Shown piece by piece: positions 1 to 13,388 of a DNA stretch of 64,000 nt. The notes beneath the pieces were generated by a model. It saw only the letters and a list, made by a program, of their open reading frames with translations. It was not told the origin of the DNA and made no database searches. The number at the start of each line of letters is the position of its first letter. Position 1 is the stretch's first letter. The stretch is taken from assembly GCA_023213395.1 (NCBI GenBank), contig CM041465.1, positions 173,855,741-173,919,740 of the forward strand, written 5' to 3'. A program made the translations under genes and the position numbers. Source of the DNA: Cycas panzhihuaensis. Its lineage: Eukaryota; Plantae; Cycadophyta.

Positions 1-392
1 CAAGGCATGCATCTTGGATGTTTGACACTTGTCAAACATCCAAGGCCCTAGGTCTCTCATTTCACTCTATATAATGAGACCTCTTCTCATTGTCTCATAA
101 GAGAGTTGGAGTTGTATTGTTATCTTTGTCGGTTGCTAATCAAACTGTTCATTCTTTGGAGGTTGGACCAATTCCAACTCCACATATTGGGTATCATTTT
201 CTCTTGCTCCTTCATTCATGTTTTGTCTCTTTGCTTTCTCTTTACCTTGAGATTATTATACTTGTTTGTATTTCTGCAACTAGAACTAGAGTGATCCTAG
301 TTTCTAGATCTAGGGACTGTTGAGGCCAGCTAGCCTCTTTTCACAAGAGTGTTGCATTCCATTCGAAGTTGTCCTGCACAACTAGCTGCACA
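1..392 (+). repeat. 3' part of an LTR (truncated by window start), distantly related to the solo LTR at 28097-28657
   Basis: Hairpin ..TGTTTGACA-nn-TGTCAA.. followed by CCCTA..TCTCTC, TATA-like CTATATAA and a T-rich U5; same order of motifs as 28290-28657. Right end approximate (..CTGCACA at 380 or 392). Confidence 0.55.
13..44. repeat. Perfect 15-bp inverted repeat CTTGGATGTTTGACA-CT-TGTCAAACATCCAAG
   Basis: Read directly from the sequence. Confidence 0.95.
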
Positions 393-1499
393 AAAACTTG
401 GGTATACTTCTAGGCTGATTTGGGTAGCGAACACCACAAGAACAATTGTTGAATTGTTTCTGGGTGACCACAGGAAATGTAGGATGTGTCCATGTAGCCT
501 AGCTTTACTAGCCTAACTTTGACAACTAGGCCTTGTGCAAAATAGACCAGCCAACGATGGCACACTTGGGCTCCAAAGGAGCATGCCATAGCCATTGAAA
601 TCTTCTCAACCACATGAACTTGGGGCAGTTGATGTCCCAAATAAAGTTTAGGCGCCCCACCAATTCTAAATCTAGCTAAAGGAGATTGTACACGTGAGAG
701 ACCGAGAATGTTTTAAATGGCTTCACTTTGTTCTACACCTAGTCACACCACCATTTACCTCCTCTAGTCATAGATAGATTAGGCAACTATGGCGTCGAAC
801 AACTATTCCATATCTCAAAACTATAAACTTGCCAGAGCTTTTAAGGTAGAAGGTGTCACAGATATCCATCCAACTCCTCTACCAAGCTTGGGTCTTATCA
901 TATACTTGCTCAATTCCTGTCAAACCTTTTTATATGAGGAACCTCACCTCAAACCAGGTTGTTTCATCAAGTCATTTTCTATTGTATTGTATTAGAGGCG
1001 ACCACCATATAAAGTGATGGCGAAAGGACAAACCTTTCCTGGGCTCATCTCCCTATCACATCAGATATTTTTTGCAATTTTCCATGCTCTCCAAATTGAT
1101 CAAAAGAGTGACATGCCCACCATCTTTAAAGACTAGGGGTAGGAGAGCCTAGTGTGTATCCAGGTGGACACTGGGAAAGCCATGTGTTGTTGCTTGCAAG
1201 ACATTAATCCTAGCGAATATTTTATAATTGTCTTCCCCATCCACCGCTCTTAACCAACCATTTTGCACACAAGACTTGCCCCTGCAACTTGATGTCAATG
1301 AAGCCCAAACCTCCCAAATCAATGAAAGACAACATATATCCCATTACACCTGGCTAAATCCTTTCTTACTTTCTCTATTGGCCCAAAGAAATGATCTTAA
1401 AATTTTAACTAATTCATCATAAGCTGCATTTAAGAGCACCTAGTAAGAAGTATAGTAGACATGCATTGCAACTAAGACTTTAGACAAAATCAATAGCCT

Positions 1500-2527
1500 C
1501 CCAGACAAGTTGAGAAACTTATAATTTTAGGTAGTTAATTTATTTTCAATTTTGTTTAACATAGTTCCATATTTCAAATTCTAAATCCAAATGGAATACC
1601 CTAGAATTTGAAGATCTCACTTGGTTGGATCCACGACCATTCCACTAGAGATAGTTCTTCCTGAAGATCCTATGTGCTTTGGAGGCAGTAGACAGATTTT
1701 CCCTAGTGCACCTTAGAGTCTGAGGCATTGCAAAATGCATTCACTGCATCAAAACCCCGTGAAACATCATTTCTTGTGGCTTTGACGATGAGAAAAGAGT
1801 CACTTGTGAAGGACCCATTAATCATTTGTTTACGTTCCAATCTCGGAAGACTAATTCCCTGCAAGTTTCCTTCTTGAGCTTTGGCCTACAAAAGATAGCC
1901 CAAAGCATTTGTAGCCAGCATAAATAGAGAGGGCACCAATGGGCAACCTTGCCTAATAAATCTAGCGAGAGAAATTGGTCGAGATAAGTTTCCATTCACA
2001 AAAAATTTGGCAAATGCATCAACCAAAAGTACAGTAATCCAATTTATGAATTCATCTCCAAACCCAAGTGATTCAAGCATTAGGAGAACGAAATCCCAGT
2101 CCACCCTGTCATAGGACTTTACAAAATCTAACTTCATAAACAAAGCATCTTACTTGGAAGCCCTAGCCCATTCGATACCTTCTAAAATTGCAATGACATT
2201 ATCAAGTATAAAACAACCTTTGATGAAGCCAGTCTGTTCACGCCTCACCACTTCCAGGAGTATATGCATTATCCTTCTAACCAAAGTCTTCACAAGAATC
2301 TTATATGAGACATTAAGCAAGGTTATCAACCTCCAATTTAAGATATGTTCTAGATCTTCACCTTTGGGAATTAATTTGATAGATCTGTAGTTAATATTTA
2401 CACCTAGAGAACCACTCAAAAATGTCTCTTGAAAGGCCTTCAAAAGAACTAGCTCGATGCATTCCCATGTGGCAAGGTAGAATTCACATAGGAAACCATC
2501 TAAACTTGGGGCATTTTCCTCTGCCAT
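1500..2527 (-). pseudogene. LINE ORF2 reverse transcriptase (stops/frameshifts)
   Basis: ORFs 1886-2143 and 2150-2527 carry canonical non-LTR RT motifs. Confidence 0.9.
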
Positions 2528-3149
2528 GTCCTCGAGTGCATATGTAAGCTCTTCTAAGTGCAGCGGAGCATTACAATTAGCTCATTAGGGAAATATCTAT
2601 CTTGCGGAGAACGACCTACCTATATTTCTCAAGGGCTTCAATCTTGTTTGCTTCTGGGAAGGATGACGAAAATGTTCAATGAGAGTGATCAACAAGAACT
2701 TCTACAATTTCACTAGGCCTTATGACCACACCTTGCCAAATAGACAATGCAATCATTTTCTCAAAGTTTTGTTTCCTTCTAAGTGAATGAAAGAAGAATT
2801 TAGAGCATCAATATCCTTCTTTAATCTAGTGAACCCTTGCCTGAATATGGGCTACCTTAGCCTTAAAATTATCTGAGATTTTGAGCTCTTGGTCGCTCTA
2901 GCTACCTTTTTCTATAGATTTTCATTAAAAGGATCACTTTTTAAATCTCTTCTCAAATTTGTAAGTTCCTGAGCAAAATAAACTCATGACCTTCTTCTAG
3001 CTCTAGCTGGTTGTTTCCCATAACGTCTAAGGAAGGCGATGATTCTATTAATCACTTCATCCCACCAGACAATCCAACCATCATTTCCTTCAAGCATGAG
3101 GATTAAATGCCAAATTAGCCTCAATGAATTGAGGCTAAATCCAAACTTA

Positions 3150-3950
3150 ATATGGAAGACATTGAGCTTGAAGGAAGACTTGGGATAGGGACTTCTATCC
3201 TCACCCCAGGTGAGCATGAACTTAATGGGGTGGTACTCTGATAGAGTTATATCTAATATAAACCTTATAGACCTCCCATATTCAATAGAGATTTAGAAGA
3301 TATTGTCAATAGAGATCATAACTTGATCCAATCTTTTGAGAATTCTACCATGCTTGGCTCTCAGATTGGACCATGTAAACCATGCCTTAGAGCTATTATT
3401 CTTATGAAGGGCATTATGATCAAAGAGCCTAGTCCTATTTTTAAATTGGAGCCATGCCAATCTTTCCACAAGATTCCAACTAAATGGTTTACCTCCCACC
3501 TTATCATGAAGGGTCTATCATATTAAAATCACCACAAATGCACCAGGAGACAACAAGAAGGTTGTCACTCAACCATTCCCAAAGAAGAGCTCTTTCTTGA
3601 GGTGAGTTAAGTGCATAAAAACTCAAAACATCCAAGGTCATGTTTTCACATTAAACAATAACCCATACATATCTATAATCAAGATTTGACCTTGCAAAAA
3701 GGATCTAAAGGCTATGGGGACTTCTGATAAGGATTGCAATGCCACCTCTCCCATTTGCATGGTTGGTGAAGTAGAGGCTACAGTCTGAAAGGAAGTATGC
3801 TACAACAAGCTTTTACATACTACTAGAAATCTTTACTTCTTGAATACATAAAATATCCAAATCAAACTTATTATAGAAAGAACGTAAATTCATGCATCTG
3901 AATTGGTCAGACAAACCTCTTATGTTGTAGTTATTTATCTTCATTACAAT
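3150..3950 (-). pseudogene. LINE ORF2 APE-type endonuclease (decayed)
   Basis: WFTWSN...KRLDQVMIS in ORF 3293-3499; N-terminal ..NIRGLSD.. near 3930. Confidence 0.75.
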
Positions 3951-4399
3951 GAGAGTCTAAGTCCATCCCTGCCTCCTCCTTCAAGATCTGTTGTAGGATA
4001 TAGAATCTATTATTTTCCTACTCGGTACTTGGCTTGGGCTTTTTAATGACAAGGTCAAAGAAGTTGGTGATAGTAACTTCTCCCTTACCTACCTCAGCTC
4101 TTGGCCAAGCCTTCTAGAGCCTTGGCATGTCAAAAGGAAAGACTGAATTTGGTGTGATAGGGGGAGGTTCATAGAAAACCTCTATGGGAGATTCTACCCC
4201 TTTACCCTGCTCAAAGTTTTTCGGTTTTGGGGCTTGCTGTTTAGTTGGAGTTGGCACTTTGGAAAAGAACAATTGAACTTTCTCCTTAGACTATTTCTTT
4301 TGTTTTTTTCCATGGACTTCGATCCAAACATTCTCATGTTCCATCGTAAAACTAGATGGAGCAGTGAGAGGTGAAGACTCCAGCTATTTTGATTCAGCA

Positions 4400-5050
4400 A
4401 TGAGAAGGCAGACCTTAATTTTATACTCCTTAAAGTGGCAACGAAAACATGCATTGAGCACAATAAGATACACTACTCATTGCTTGGGAGTATCTTGCCC
4501 ACACTAGATCAAGATGTGATCGAGAAGGTCCATAAACGAGTCCACCTTAGCACAGACCCATATGTTAGCTCTAGGATAGAATTCTCTGTGCGGCACAAGG
4601 GAGACAAACTCACCAATGGGTTGGACAAGATCTTTCACAAAGGTCCAAAGGTGCATAAGGAAGCCCAAGAATTTTATCCACATAGGGCATTCAAAGGCAA
4701 CGACAATATCAACCAAGAGACTAGGTTCCCAACAGTTGAAGACTACCAAGTTCCTTCTATACATCTAAGGGGCTATTTTCAAGACCTTCTCAAACATTTC
4801 AGGTAGTTCGAAAATGAAAGAGAAGAAACCTTTGGATAGGTTCCTAATGGAGCTCACCTTCGACGTATAGCAGCCTCCGAGGTAACCTAGCCTACAAAAT
4901 ATGCAATCAAAGTGCAAGAATACACTTCTTGAATCACATTAAAAACTACAATAGCACATAGAGAAATGGCGGGAAACTCAAGCTCACCTCATCAAAGACC
5001 TTCAGAACAAACTTTTGTTCTCGTTTGGATGCCATTCCTTGCTAGAAAAA
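4400..5050 (-). pseudogene. LINE ORF1 (DUF4283/zinc-knuckle type), decayed
   Basis: WEPS..ECPMWIKFLGFLMHLW..IGEF in ORF 4504-4764; lies upstream of the endonuclease. Confidence 0.65.
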
Positions 5051-5275
5051 TGTTATCAACTTGGTATACTAGTTGTTGAGATTTTCCTAAAGCATCTACA
5101 AATGACCAGGGCTGGGGATCCAAGGACGCCATATAGGCTCCTCATTTGGAAGGAGTTGTTCAATCTCTAACAAGGCTAACAAACACCCTACTTACTAAAT
5201 GCAGAAATCACCAAGGGGTTGACGAAATGATGGTGATTCCTATACCACTCTAATTCTACATGCTCTGTCCTGGTA

Positions 5276-5878
5276 TGGTATCAAATATACACAACATTTG
5301 AGAGAAAACTAATTAAACAATAAGAATACTCATGGATTAAACATTATTTTCCAACAAACCAACCCATTATATAGCACCCCCAAATGTGGCAACATGAAAG
5401 TGATATCAAATTCTCCTTTCCTAACATTCCAACCAGTCCATCAATCTTCCATTAGGGTTGATCCTTCCACATCACCATCTTGGTGAATCTCTATTATTTA
5501 CATCCAACCCCTATAGACCCAGCGAGCAAATGGGTAAGGTCCATATAAGGTAAGCAAGGCCAAGATGTAGCCCAATATCATGCATAATCAATTATCACTT
5601 ATGTGGGTAACAACCATATTTCCATTCCCAATATACCTTAACATGGGGTCCTATCCATCAAATCTCCATGGAATGCATTCCATCATATCATTCCATTAAG
5701 GGGCTTAGAGCCCTCAATCTCTGGTCACCAGCCCATAAGAAAGTATGGTGTTCTATAGGTCTCAAATAATCTAATTTGTTATTATCATATATAACTATGA
5801 CCTCTATTTCCATGGCCAAACTTGGTTCATGCACAATCATTATCCATGGAAAAACATAAATAAATAAATGAAATAACA
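5276..5878 (-). mobile_element. Solo LTR (603 bp)
   Basis: TG...CA termini; perfect 5-bp TSD TGGTA at 5271-5275 and 5879-5883. Orientation inferred from composition and TATA placement. Confidence 0.8.
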
Positions 5879-7792
5879 TGGTATAATAGTAAGTCCATTT
5901 TCCTACATTCTTTTCAAAATCATATTTATAAATTAAACCATGTTGAATGCATATTAACCATAGAAATACCGTGCATAACTAGCACCATAATTTTTCCAAT
6001 AAAAAATATCCATAAATAAAGGAAAGAAAATGAATATGAAATCTACTATAAATCTGAAAATAGGAAAAATAATACCAAAAAAAAAACACTCATTTTTGGA
6101 TTTGATGGAGGAGAATTCCCACAATTTATAAGCACACTATAGGACAACAAAATAATATGCCCATAAAAGGAGGTTCAAAATGACCAATAAATACTATCAT
6201 AGATTTCAACCATGTGTGTGTATTCCATTTATAAACAAGGTCATAAATGCATATTTATTTCAACCATATGCATAATAATAGTTTAACTCTTAAGTACATA
6301 ATAATTCTAGCCATCAATGCACAATTATTTCAACTATAAGCAGGGTCACAAACTTTGCCATTAAGTTCAACCATAGCATAGGATTTTTTGACAACAAATG
6401 CTCCAGTAAGACCAAATTATACATAGTATTTTGCTAGCCATAAATTATGGCTTCAAGATTTGAACTTGACTTCACATTCAATGCTCTTTTGGCTTATATG
6501 ACTTCTATGGCTTCATATCAGAAGATGACCTCTAAACAATTTTGTCTTTGTTCCTCCATACCCTCTTTCATTCTTACTTCCTCAAGCTCTTCTCACATAC
6601 CTACGAAAATAAAATGCTAATTTTCCTTTAAGATCAATGTGTGCTTATATCGAAAAGTAGTCCATCTCTCAAAAAGAGAGGTGAAAAGATTCTATCTTGG
6701 TATCCATGTTGTCCTTTCCACAATGGCTTTTTTAGACTAAGGGGACATGGACTAATTTCTATACTATAGTAGACCCAATAAATCACGTCATTATTTTGAA
6801 ACTAGAAAGACTCAAAACAAATAACAAATGAGCAAGGGATCAAATGAAAGCTCTTTTCTCCTTTATGAGGAGGAGCCTTCACATGATATGAGTCTATAGA
6901 TGTTGCAAAATAGACATAGAAAGAATTTCAAAGGTTAATGTTTTTATAGATGCCAAAATATAAGAGATCTAGGATCCATATATCAGGCCCTGTTGTTGAA
7001 AATCTACACACCCAGACACCAAACTAAACCTTGCACTGAAAATAAATGCCCAAAATGAAGAACAAACCCTCTATAAGGGATCTCACTATCACTGATTGGA
7101 GAGCCATCCATTGAAATGCCAAGGAGAAAGCAAACACATATTTCACACAGAAGCGCAACTCAGGCACCATACTCTCGAAGGAAGGAAGACAAATTATTGC
7201 ACGCATATGCTTTTTTTTCTAAGTGAAAACATATGCAATCACATGCACTCTAAATCATTAACATTGTTCTCTAACATCTCAACTTGAAATCTAGAGGAGT
7301 ATTGCCTAGTTAGGCGTTGAAAATTTGGATTTTTGAAGGAGAAATGATCACTCAGCTTGGAGAGGAATATTCCATTGAAACCTTTGGACAAAAATTATTT
7401 TCCATTTTACAAAGTTTGGGTGACATTAAACTAAAATTGATAAAATTTGAAGTCCACAATGTAGGCCCCAATCGCGTGGCCTATAGGGTGCCAGGGCATT
7501 TTCTAATCAATCCAGAGTCTATTTTGGACATGTGAATATACCATGGTGTCCATTTTTTCAAGATCTACAATTTGGCAACAATCACATGCAACACTTCTAT
7601 ACAAAGTTTTAAAGAAATGTCAAAATTAAGTGTTTTTATGACTAATTCTAACTACCTATGAGTAGACCGATAAAGCAGAATCACAACTACCAGCTACTTA
7701 CGTGTAAATTGAAGCATTTCACAACTTTAACACTTTATTTTTGCGTTGTTTCAATTGCTTCCTAGTTGGTTTTTATCTATTTTTTACTTGAA

Positions 7793-8425
7793 ATGGCTAG
7801 TGGAAGAGGTATAATGGGATTAGTGTCTAAAAATTTGCTTGGTCCTGATAACTATACTAGTTGGAAACATCACATGTTAAGTTTTTTCCATTTGAATGAT
7901 CTTTGGAAGTATGTGGATAATTCTGTAATGGGAAAAGATGCAACCAAAATCACTACTTTCCAAGCTAAACCAAACTCGAATGAAGACTTTAATACTAAAT
8001 GTCAATCTAAAATGCGAATAACAATTGGATTTCTCAACATGTCTCTCAATGGCAACATCATATTAAACATCAAGAGTGCTGCTACACCAAAGCAGATGTA
8101 ACACATAGTCATGAACCAATATGAACGCAAGGATGATGTAAGATCCCTGAACCTACGAAGTCAACTGTATAGTTTGAAGATGACAAGCAATATGATGGAA
8201 CACATGTGAAATGTGAGATCTATAGAGCATCAACTGATGGCAATAAGCAAGATCATACCTAATTCAGAGATCATAGCCTACATTCTAAGGAGTCTACCAC
8301 TCTAGTACAAGCACTTCTTGACCACATTGACATTGTTTGATAAATTGTCTACACTGGATATTGGTTCTTTGGAATCCTTGCTTATGAAACAAGAGCAAAA
8401 ACTAAAGTAGATGCACGACGAATCA
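7793..8425 (+). pseudogene. gag: Copia-1 gag, N-terminal part
   Basis: UBN2-type gag motifs; frame continues at 26923 after removing element A. Confidence 0.85.
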
Positions 8426-9144
8426 TGTTGCGGTTATATTTGACACGTGCGTCCGTTAGAGGGAATGTATGACAAAAACCAGACAAAACGGTGGATATTT
8501 TGCAAGGCAACCATTCGGAATGGATTCGGGACAGAGAACGAATGCAAAACACAGTCCATACTACCGCAAGAACGGATGTTGAACGCAGGAACGAATGATG
8601 AACACAGGGACGCACTGAGCAGAAAAATGAACGGTTGTGGCACAACAGAGGAATGAAAGATGGAACGTACGTAACACGTGGGCAGTCGTACATGTTAAGG
8701 AACGAATTAGAAGTTAACAGAGTATGGTTAAGGACTGAAGAGGCATCCATTCGAGAAAATAGATGGTTGCGACCGTTAATCGTAATTGTTCTGTAACAGC
8801 GATGCACCGTGTATTTAAATACATCTGCTTGTTGGAATGGATGTGAGAGCCGAGTGAGTGATTTCATTAGTACATGATCTGGTACAGTTGACTAGTTAGA
8901 CCTGTACGGATTATATGTGATGTAATAATTGACTATTGGCTAATGGAATAATAGAGTTATGTGGAAAAACATGTGTACTCACTAAGGAATGCATGGTGAA
9001 TGTATGCGTATAAGCTTATCTGTGGACTTATGTGGCCTAATAAATGAAGATTATGTATGTTGACCACGTGCACACACCCTAGACTACAATGGAAAACCTT
9101 GACAGGTGAAGATCTTGCAATAGAGAGCAGATCTTAAGTTAACA
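8426..9144 (+). repeat. Element A 5' LTR
   Basis: Colinear with 26213-26917. Confidence 0.95.
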
Positions 9145-9145
9145 T

Positions 9146-9158
9146 TGGTTATGTTGCC
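9146..9158 (+). other. Element A PBS, degenerate tRNA-Glu type (TGGTTATGTTGCC vs TGGTTCCGTTGCC)
   Basis: 1 nt after the LTR; 11/13 match to the complement of the plant tRNA-Glu 3' end as recalled. Confidence 0.7.
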
Positions 9159-9276
9159 TAAGTCACTAGTGGAGGGAAGAAAAGCCAGAAAAATCCATGT
9201 GCAAAGGACAAGTCACCTTGGCTGTCACAGTGATGGCAGGGTCTAACTAAGGCTAAATAACCAAGGGGACTTTCCA

Positions 9277-11030
9277 ATGCCACCTAAACGGCCTTCGAAG
9301 GCGGAGGAGCCACAAACAAAACATCAACGGATAACAGAATCAAGCAGGCAGAGACCTTTCAGATGGTCCTAAGAGAAAAAGCTAAGCAAAGCAAGGAGAA
9401 TAAGTATGGACAAAAAAGAGGACCAAAGTAAATCAGTGGAGAGATCTGAGGCAAGTGGAGCCCAAACCCCATGAGAAATAGAAAACAAAGGCCAAGGGGA
9501 GCCTATGACAATCACACCTGCTTCAAAGAAATATCACAACAAAGGGAAGGAAATGGAGGAGGAGAAGAAAGAAACAAACAACCCTGAGACTGAGCTAAGT
9601 TTGGACTCTACTCCGAAGGACCTAAGTGGCAACGAGGAAATGACGGAGGAAGGTCCCCAGACACGTTGGGAGAATCAGTTGATCAAACAACTTTTAGAAG
9701 ATCCATCAGAGGGAAGTGAGGATCAGTCATACCTAGTAACAACTCCAGTGGCGGCGGAGATACCGAGAGTACCAGGGGTAATTCAACTAAAGTCACCTAT
9801 ACACAATCCCTTATTCGAAAAGGGAATAGTGGGGAAGAAACACCACTAAGGAGATCCTACAAAAAGCTTTCGGAAGGAAAGGCAACAACTCCACCTCGAA
9901 GGGAGGAGGGGAGGAATAATTCTACAATAGCACACCATAAGGAGTTTGGGAAACTCATTTTTGATGACTCTACTGACGCTGCAGAACATATTTACCTATT
10001 CCAAAGGTTAATCAATCTTGAAAAAATCACAGATGAGGCAAAAATCAAGGAGAGACTCACATACTCATTGAGGGGTGTACCATTAGCATGGTATAAACAA
10101 TTAGAGCCACAAAAAACCTGGGATGAAATTAAAAAAGAGTTCAAAGCAAGGTTTTTAAAGTACCGAAACAATGACATCATAGAACTAACCCTAAAGGAAA
10201 TACAACAGAAGCCAGGGGAGTCTGTAATGGTGTACATTAGCAGAATAGATATGATTGTTGCTGCCACAGCAAATAATGAGAAGATCATGGACTTAAGTAT
10301 GCCTACCTTCTTTGTTGATGGGTTGAACACCAAGTTAAGGAATGCAATGACATCGCATCCCTTAAAATCATACAAGCATGCACAGGAATTGGCCCTAGAC
10401 TTTGAGGAAGAAATAGACACCAAAAGGATAGCCTATGACCCCTTGGTCATAAGGTTGCAAGAAGAAATAAATGAGTTGAAAATGCAAAACCTTAATAGAC
10501 CCTTGTTCCAAATGGCCAAGGCAAAGGAGAATACAGAGATAGAAGCCCTTAGGAAGGAAGTGGCTAGATTGAAACTACAACATCAAGACAACTCTGGAGA
10601 AGATTCTAACAAACATCGAGGTAAAGAACCCCCAATAATGAAATGGTGCCACACCTATGAGGAAGATACTCACACCACAAAGGAATGTGAGTGTAATGCG
10701 TGAAATTGTAAACAGAACAGTTGGTGCTATATTTGCGACCAAGGAACACACAATACTCGAGACTGTTACTTCAACACCAGAGGCACAAATGCCCGAGGAA
10801 GAGGGCGAGGAAGAAACAACCTGAATACTCGAACGATATATACGACAAGGATGCAACCATAAAACCCAAGGAAGAAACCTCCATTGGGAAGATGTTTGAT
10901 ATGTTTAGAGTACGAGCATTGGAAGTCTAATTACCTAGTAGCGAAACTCCAAAAGGAATGTTAGTACCTATGCAAAAATTATGGTCCAATCGCTCATACC
11001 ACCGAGGAGTGCAAAGGCAAGGGCAAGGCC
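9277..11030 (+). pseudogene. gag: Element A gag (K/E-rich N-terminus, capsid, coiled coil, ~4 zinc knuckles)
   Basis: LRGVPLAWY..TWDEIKKEFKARF, QKPGESV..Y, CCHC-like repeats at 10640-11015. Confidence 0.88.
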
Positions 11031-11459
11031 CTAAATGGAGTAACAATCATACCGAGATCCCCCTAAAAACGTTAACCTACAAAACCAGAAGAATGAGGTA
11101 GAGAAGGACAACCCTAACCCAAAGGTGGAAATTGACTGTTTTGTTGCCACCAAGAAAGCACTGGAAGAAGCCGCGCAGGAAGAAGCAATCAAATCACTAC
11201 CTATAGGAAAACCAAAAATAAAATAGGTGTATCGGAAAAAGAATAAGAAAGTGGAAGAGCAAGCATTACCCGAGAACTTAGGAGAGACCCCCAAGATAGA
11301 GGAACTCTTACAAAAGCTGATACTCATGGAAGTCCTAGTTAACCAATTGAACTTAAAGCATTCCGTTGGGGAGAGTTATTGAATTGATAAAAGGAGGAAA
11401 GATTCATCCAAAAGAGGCCTCTCGAAGCCTACACAAGATCAAACCATCCTGTGACCTAG

Positions 11460-11976
11460 ACCCATCAGTGGATATAAGCATTCTAGGGGTAAAATAAAGA
11501 ATGTTATTGTGGACGGAGGAGTAGCCATGAACGTATTACCGACTCAAACATGGAAAAGGCTAGGAGACCCGCAATTATCACCTACAAATTACTCATTGAA
11601 GTTGGCTAATGAATTGTTAGTCAAACCAGTGGGGCGATTGGAGAATATCCAAGTCAATGTAACCGATATTATCATCCTCGTAGACTTCACAATCGTGGAT
11701 ACCGTTAAAGATATAATCACCTACCCGGCATTGTTAGGGAGACCATGGTTATACCAAATAGAATGCTTGCAAAGCTGGAGAAACGTAAACTTCACACTTA
11801 CAGATGGAAGAAACGAGGTCATCCTCCCCATGCTAGCAAAGAGCAGGCACACAATGGAGGTGATTCCGGACAGCGCATCCAGCACAACAGTCGCCACACA
11901 AGAAACTTCCTCAACCTTCGACGAAGCTAACTTATACCATGTGACGGAAAAAATCACACATATGAATGATGCTTAG
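11460..11976 (+). pseudogene. pol: Element A aspartic protease
   Basis: VDGGVAMNVLP...YPALLGRPWL. Confidence 0.9.
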
Positions 11977-12762
11977 GAGTTCAAGCCCAACGTTTATGGG
12001 GAATTACCATTAGAAGCATCATCCGACGAAGAAAGAACCAGCAATATGATCAGATATTAGATGGGTAATTCGTATGAGATACAACCCTCTTCAATTCATT
12101 GTAATTTGTTATCTAAATGTTTTTCAATTAACAATAAATTAAATAACAATTTGAATTATACATTTGTGAAGGATCCTAATCAATCATTAGATAATCACTT
12201 AGTAAAAGTTGAGTTCCAACTAAGAAATAACGTGCATGTAAATTTACTAACTCCCAAGACCCCTTTCCAATCTTATCCCCATCCCTACACCCTCCCTAAC
12301 CCCTCATCCCCACTCCCCTTCCCCAGAGTCGATTCGAGAGATCTGGCGAATCTCCTCCCCGACTCTAAGGAAACCCTTCCAAGCCCCTCTACCGAAAACC
12401 AAGAAGTTGAAGTAGAAAACCCCATTCTTACCCAAAATTCCCCCCTAAACTCCCCAAAATCCCTTTCTGTGAACCCTCCTAGTGAAACCGAAATGGAGGA
12501 TAATCTCTGGAGGTTAATAGAAAACACCCACCTCACTAATCTCATACCAGAAGACATAACCAAAAGGCAAGAACAACTACCTTCATTTTCAGGGAAGAAA
12601 ATGGAAGGAACAAAACATTTAATCCAATGCATGGAACAATGCTTGCACTATAGGATAGTAGACAAAACCCAATGGATCTTTGACTTTGTAACCACCCTCC
12701 ATGATCATGCACGGTGGTGGTACATAGCCCACCACTGTATCCTCCAAACCTGAGAAAGTTTG

Positions 12763-13313
12763 TGTGTGCGGCCAAAATACTTACTTGTTTTGAGTAGATG
12801 AAGTGCAACAAGACCTTGGTATAAGTGCAATTGGGCTGATATGAGTGCAATCGGGACTGAGGATAAGTGCAACCAGACCTGGACAGGTGCGGTTAAGTGC
12901 AATCAGCACTAACAGCAAGTGCAACCAGGACTGACGGCAAAGCAGTCAAGTGCAACACGGACCGATGTGAGTGCAACTCAGTAGGATAATGCAACCAGGC
13001 GTGATCAGTAATCTTGGCAGCATTAGTTAGAATTTGTAATTAAAAGTTAACAAAGTAGTTATGTAACTGTGTAACTGTAGGACAAATGTATAAAAGAAGA
13101 AGTAAAGACGGAATACGTATGAATCATTGTAAATCCCTCTAGGCTATCTAGTCTGTGGCTGCAATTGTCCAGGCCTGCGTCTGGTTGTGAGAGGAACAGA
13201 CGCAGCGCCCTTCTTATAATGAAGTTGGTTGTTTGTACTCCAAACTGTGCCTTTTTCTCTGGATTATGGTTCTTTGAATGTATGTGATTCAACCTAAGAG
13301 AAAGGCGCACACA
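12763..13313 (+). repeat. Element B 5' LTR
   Basis: Colinear with 21675-22200. Confidence 0.96.
12801..12996 (+). repeat. Array of ~9 AAGTGCAAC-like motifs with variable spacers in B U3
   Basis: Counted by eye; ~8 copies in the 3' LTR (21713-21885). Confidence 0.85.
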
Positions 13314-13315
13314 TT

Positions 13316-13330
13316 TGGTTCCATTGTCAG
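13316..13330 (+). other. Element B PBS, tRNA-Glu type (TGGTTCCATTGTCAG)
   Basis: Differs from TGGTTCCGTTGCCGG only by transitions at CG/CHG sites. Confidence 0.75.
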
Positions 13331-13388
13331 TTATCTTAAATGTGAGAAGATGATTCTCTTCTGAAGAATGAGCAAGGGAGGGCTGTCC

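Larger units (their letters stand above)
400..5220 (-). mobile_element. Decayed L1-clade LINE (ORF1, APE endonuclease, RT, C-terminal region)
   Basis: Minus-strand fragments in L1 order: WEPS..CPMWIKFLG (ORF1), FTWSN..RILKRLDQ (endonuclease), APSLDG..EFY, NWRLITLLNVSYKI, KLDFVKSYDRVDW, IRQGCPL (RT). Ends approximate. Confidence 0.9.

Noticed and set aside
7024-7287. Short ORFs as host exons
   Set aside because: No convincing splice-site pair or recognisable motif.
12801-12996. CRISPR-like repeat-spacer look of the AAGTGCAAC array
   Set aside because: Repeats are only 9 bp, spacers are irregular and partly related, the array is duplicated in both LTRs of a plant retrotransposon, and there are no cas genes.
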